From: Eledone cirrhosa
Taxonomy: Eukaryota
Reading direction: 5' to 3'
NCBI GenBank assembly: GCA_964016885.1
Contig: OZ024743.1
Span: 247,008,001-247,072,000 of the forward strand
DNA: 64,000 nucleotides
Shown here one piece after another: positions 62,254 through 64,000 of the stretch (positions are counted from its first letter, which is position 1; each line of letters begins with the position of its first letter). The notes under the pieces are model-generated. The model did not search any database. It saw only the letters and a program-made list of their open reading frames with translations, and was not told the origin of the DNA. Position numbers and translations under genes: made by a program.

Positions 62254-63723
62254 GTATGTAATATCATTGTTCTGCAATCTTCCTTCTTTGTCCCTCATTT
62301 ATTCATAGTAATCAAGGTGTTGTATACATACATACATATATACATACATGATGGCTGCAACTCAATTTCCAGTAATGCCATAGCTTGATACATAAGCATG
62401 AGCATCACAGACGTGGCTTTCTAGTTCTGCTAGGGACTTGTCTATGGCCAGCAATGCCATGCATCGCAAAAAATGTCACATATCAAGTGATGTCTGTGCT
62501 TGAAACTTTTTTAAGTGTGGAGAGGCTTTGCACAGGGCCAATCCCCCTCTCTAAACATCGAATACATTTGCCCAAAAAGTAAAATTAGTCTACATCATTG
62601 GATGCAAACGATGTCGCAGTTTTATATCAGAGTGACCTTCTCTTAGAAAGATGTCTTAATGAAGACTAGGAGTCTCTTGCTCCATAAAAAAAACGTTATT
62701 GGATGGCCGTTGACTCTCCTGAGTTCCTCCACCATATGATGAGTTTTGTTTTTCATCCCCCAGGATGTCCAAAATCACCCTCCTCACCAAGCAAGCTTGG
62801 TGGGGTTGCCGGTTTAGTTGCCGATGATCTGACCATGCACAGGTTGTACTGGATTTCATGTTCCCAGTAACACAGAAGAGCAACCTGACATAACATACAT
62901 ATATACCAAAAATGCTGACCAGCAATTTTAGGGTCAAGCTGATCCAGCAATAGCCTATGACTTGGGAATGGTTTACATAAAGTTGTTCATAGACTTGTTT
63001 GAAGGTTTTTATTAATATCCTGTTTTTTAGCAAGTTCCCTGTAATGGAAGCCCATTCATTTCTTTGCCCATCTGCACTGAATTTATCTTGTTGGTGAAGT
63101 GCAGTAATACGAGTGGAACTACTTGACATGCATGTGTATGTTGTGTATACCTCTAGTGTAGTAACACAACACACCCTCTCCTCAGTCAGCTGGCTTATCT
63201 GTCAATACATGTAGATATTGCTCTTCATAGGTTAAATAAATACTTGTTACAATATTACATAATATAACATGAAGAACTGTAGATTTTAATGCAACATTGT
63301 GGGAGATTGGCTCTTCCTCACAATTGTTGCTTGCCTTATACTATGTGAAGCTTCAAGTAGAAAAAAAACTGTTTTTGTCACATAATGCTGCCATGCAGTT
63401 TTTCTTTCATTTAAATGTTCTCTCATTTCTTTCATTTAAATGTTCAGAAAATTTATCTGTTGCAACATACCTTTTCAAAAGCTGAAACTGGCTCTCCATT
63501 CAAAATTCTATTGTTACTGTTATTTGACAAAACTATACTGTGTGTGTGTGTGTGACTGTTGGTGTTTTGGTCAAACATATTGCTCAGCAATATTAATCTC
63601 CACAAAAATGTCAATATTTTGCCTCTTTAAGGTGTATGTATCTTCCGGTAAAATGCTCTAGTTAGTTTTCTTTTTTGTGTGCCTAAAAAAAGGAAAAGGA
63701 AAGAACCAATCATCTGATCAGAC

Positions 63724-63915
63724 CACTGCCAGATTTACCATTGTGCTTAGGTGTGCTTAAGCACAGGGCCCCGTTGGCCAGGGGAGGAGAGGGGCATCTT
63801 CCTGTCCAAAAAATGTTTATGATGAATTTTTCAAATTTTTTTCAAATGTCAAACATTCAAAAGAATCTCTTAACCTAACTAGCATAGGACCTCATTTGTC
63901 CTAAATCCGACACTG
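63724..63915. mobile_element. hAT-type MITE with perfect 8-bp TSD
   Basis: GATCAGAC at 63716-63723 and 63916-63923; TIR-like ends cactgccagattta / taaatccgacactg. Confidence 0.8.
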
Positions 63916-64000
63916 GATCAGACCATGGATATTATATTTTCATTGGTCTTTCCATTGCTGATACTATCTACCGGTTGCAAATTTTGGCAGAGAGAAGCAA

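Overview
AT-rich, repeat-dense animal genomic DNA. The (TA)n/(CA)n/(CAT)n microsatellites and the SINE/RTE repertoire suggest an octopus or related cephalopod (inference). The main gene is a + strand, 13-exon TTC25/ODAD4 orthologue (TPR subunit of the outer dynein arm docking complex; CDS 6391 to ~38755 or 40094, ~586-587 aa). Its exons are phase-consistent with GT-AG introns, and an RFX X-box plus forkhead motifs lie upstream. A probable divergent gene starts on the - strand near 4770, and a coiled-coil coding exon of another + strand gene lies at 62075-62253. The introns hold large tandem arrays (43/44-bp, 20-bp, 40-bp and a 9.4-kb 50-bp satellite born inside a SINE). Mobile DNA includes RTE LINEs, a Penelope-like remnant, a Gypsy gag remnant, a mariner remnant, two non-autonomous Helitrons, MITEs and SINEs. 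The most notable observations are three head-to-tail Tx1-clade LINE copies whose junctions all fall in (GATA)n repeats, suggesting microsatellite-specific targeting; two type I hammerhead ribozyme motifs converging in TTC25 intron 2; and an RTE insertion flanked by a ~2.1-kb duplicated block of minisatellite.
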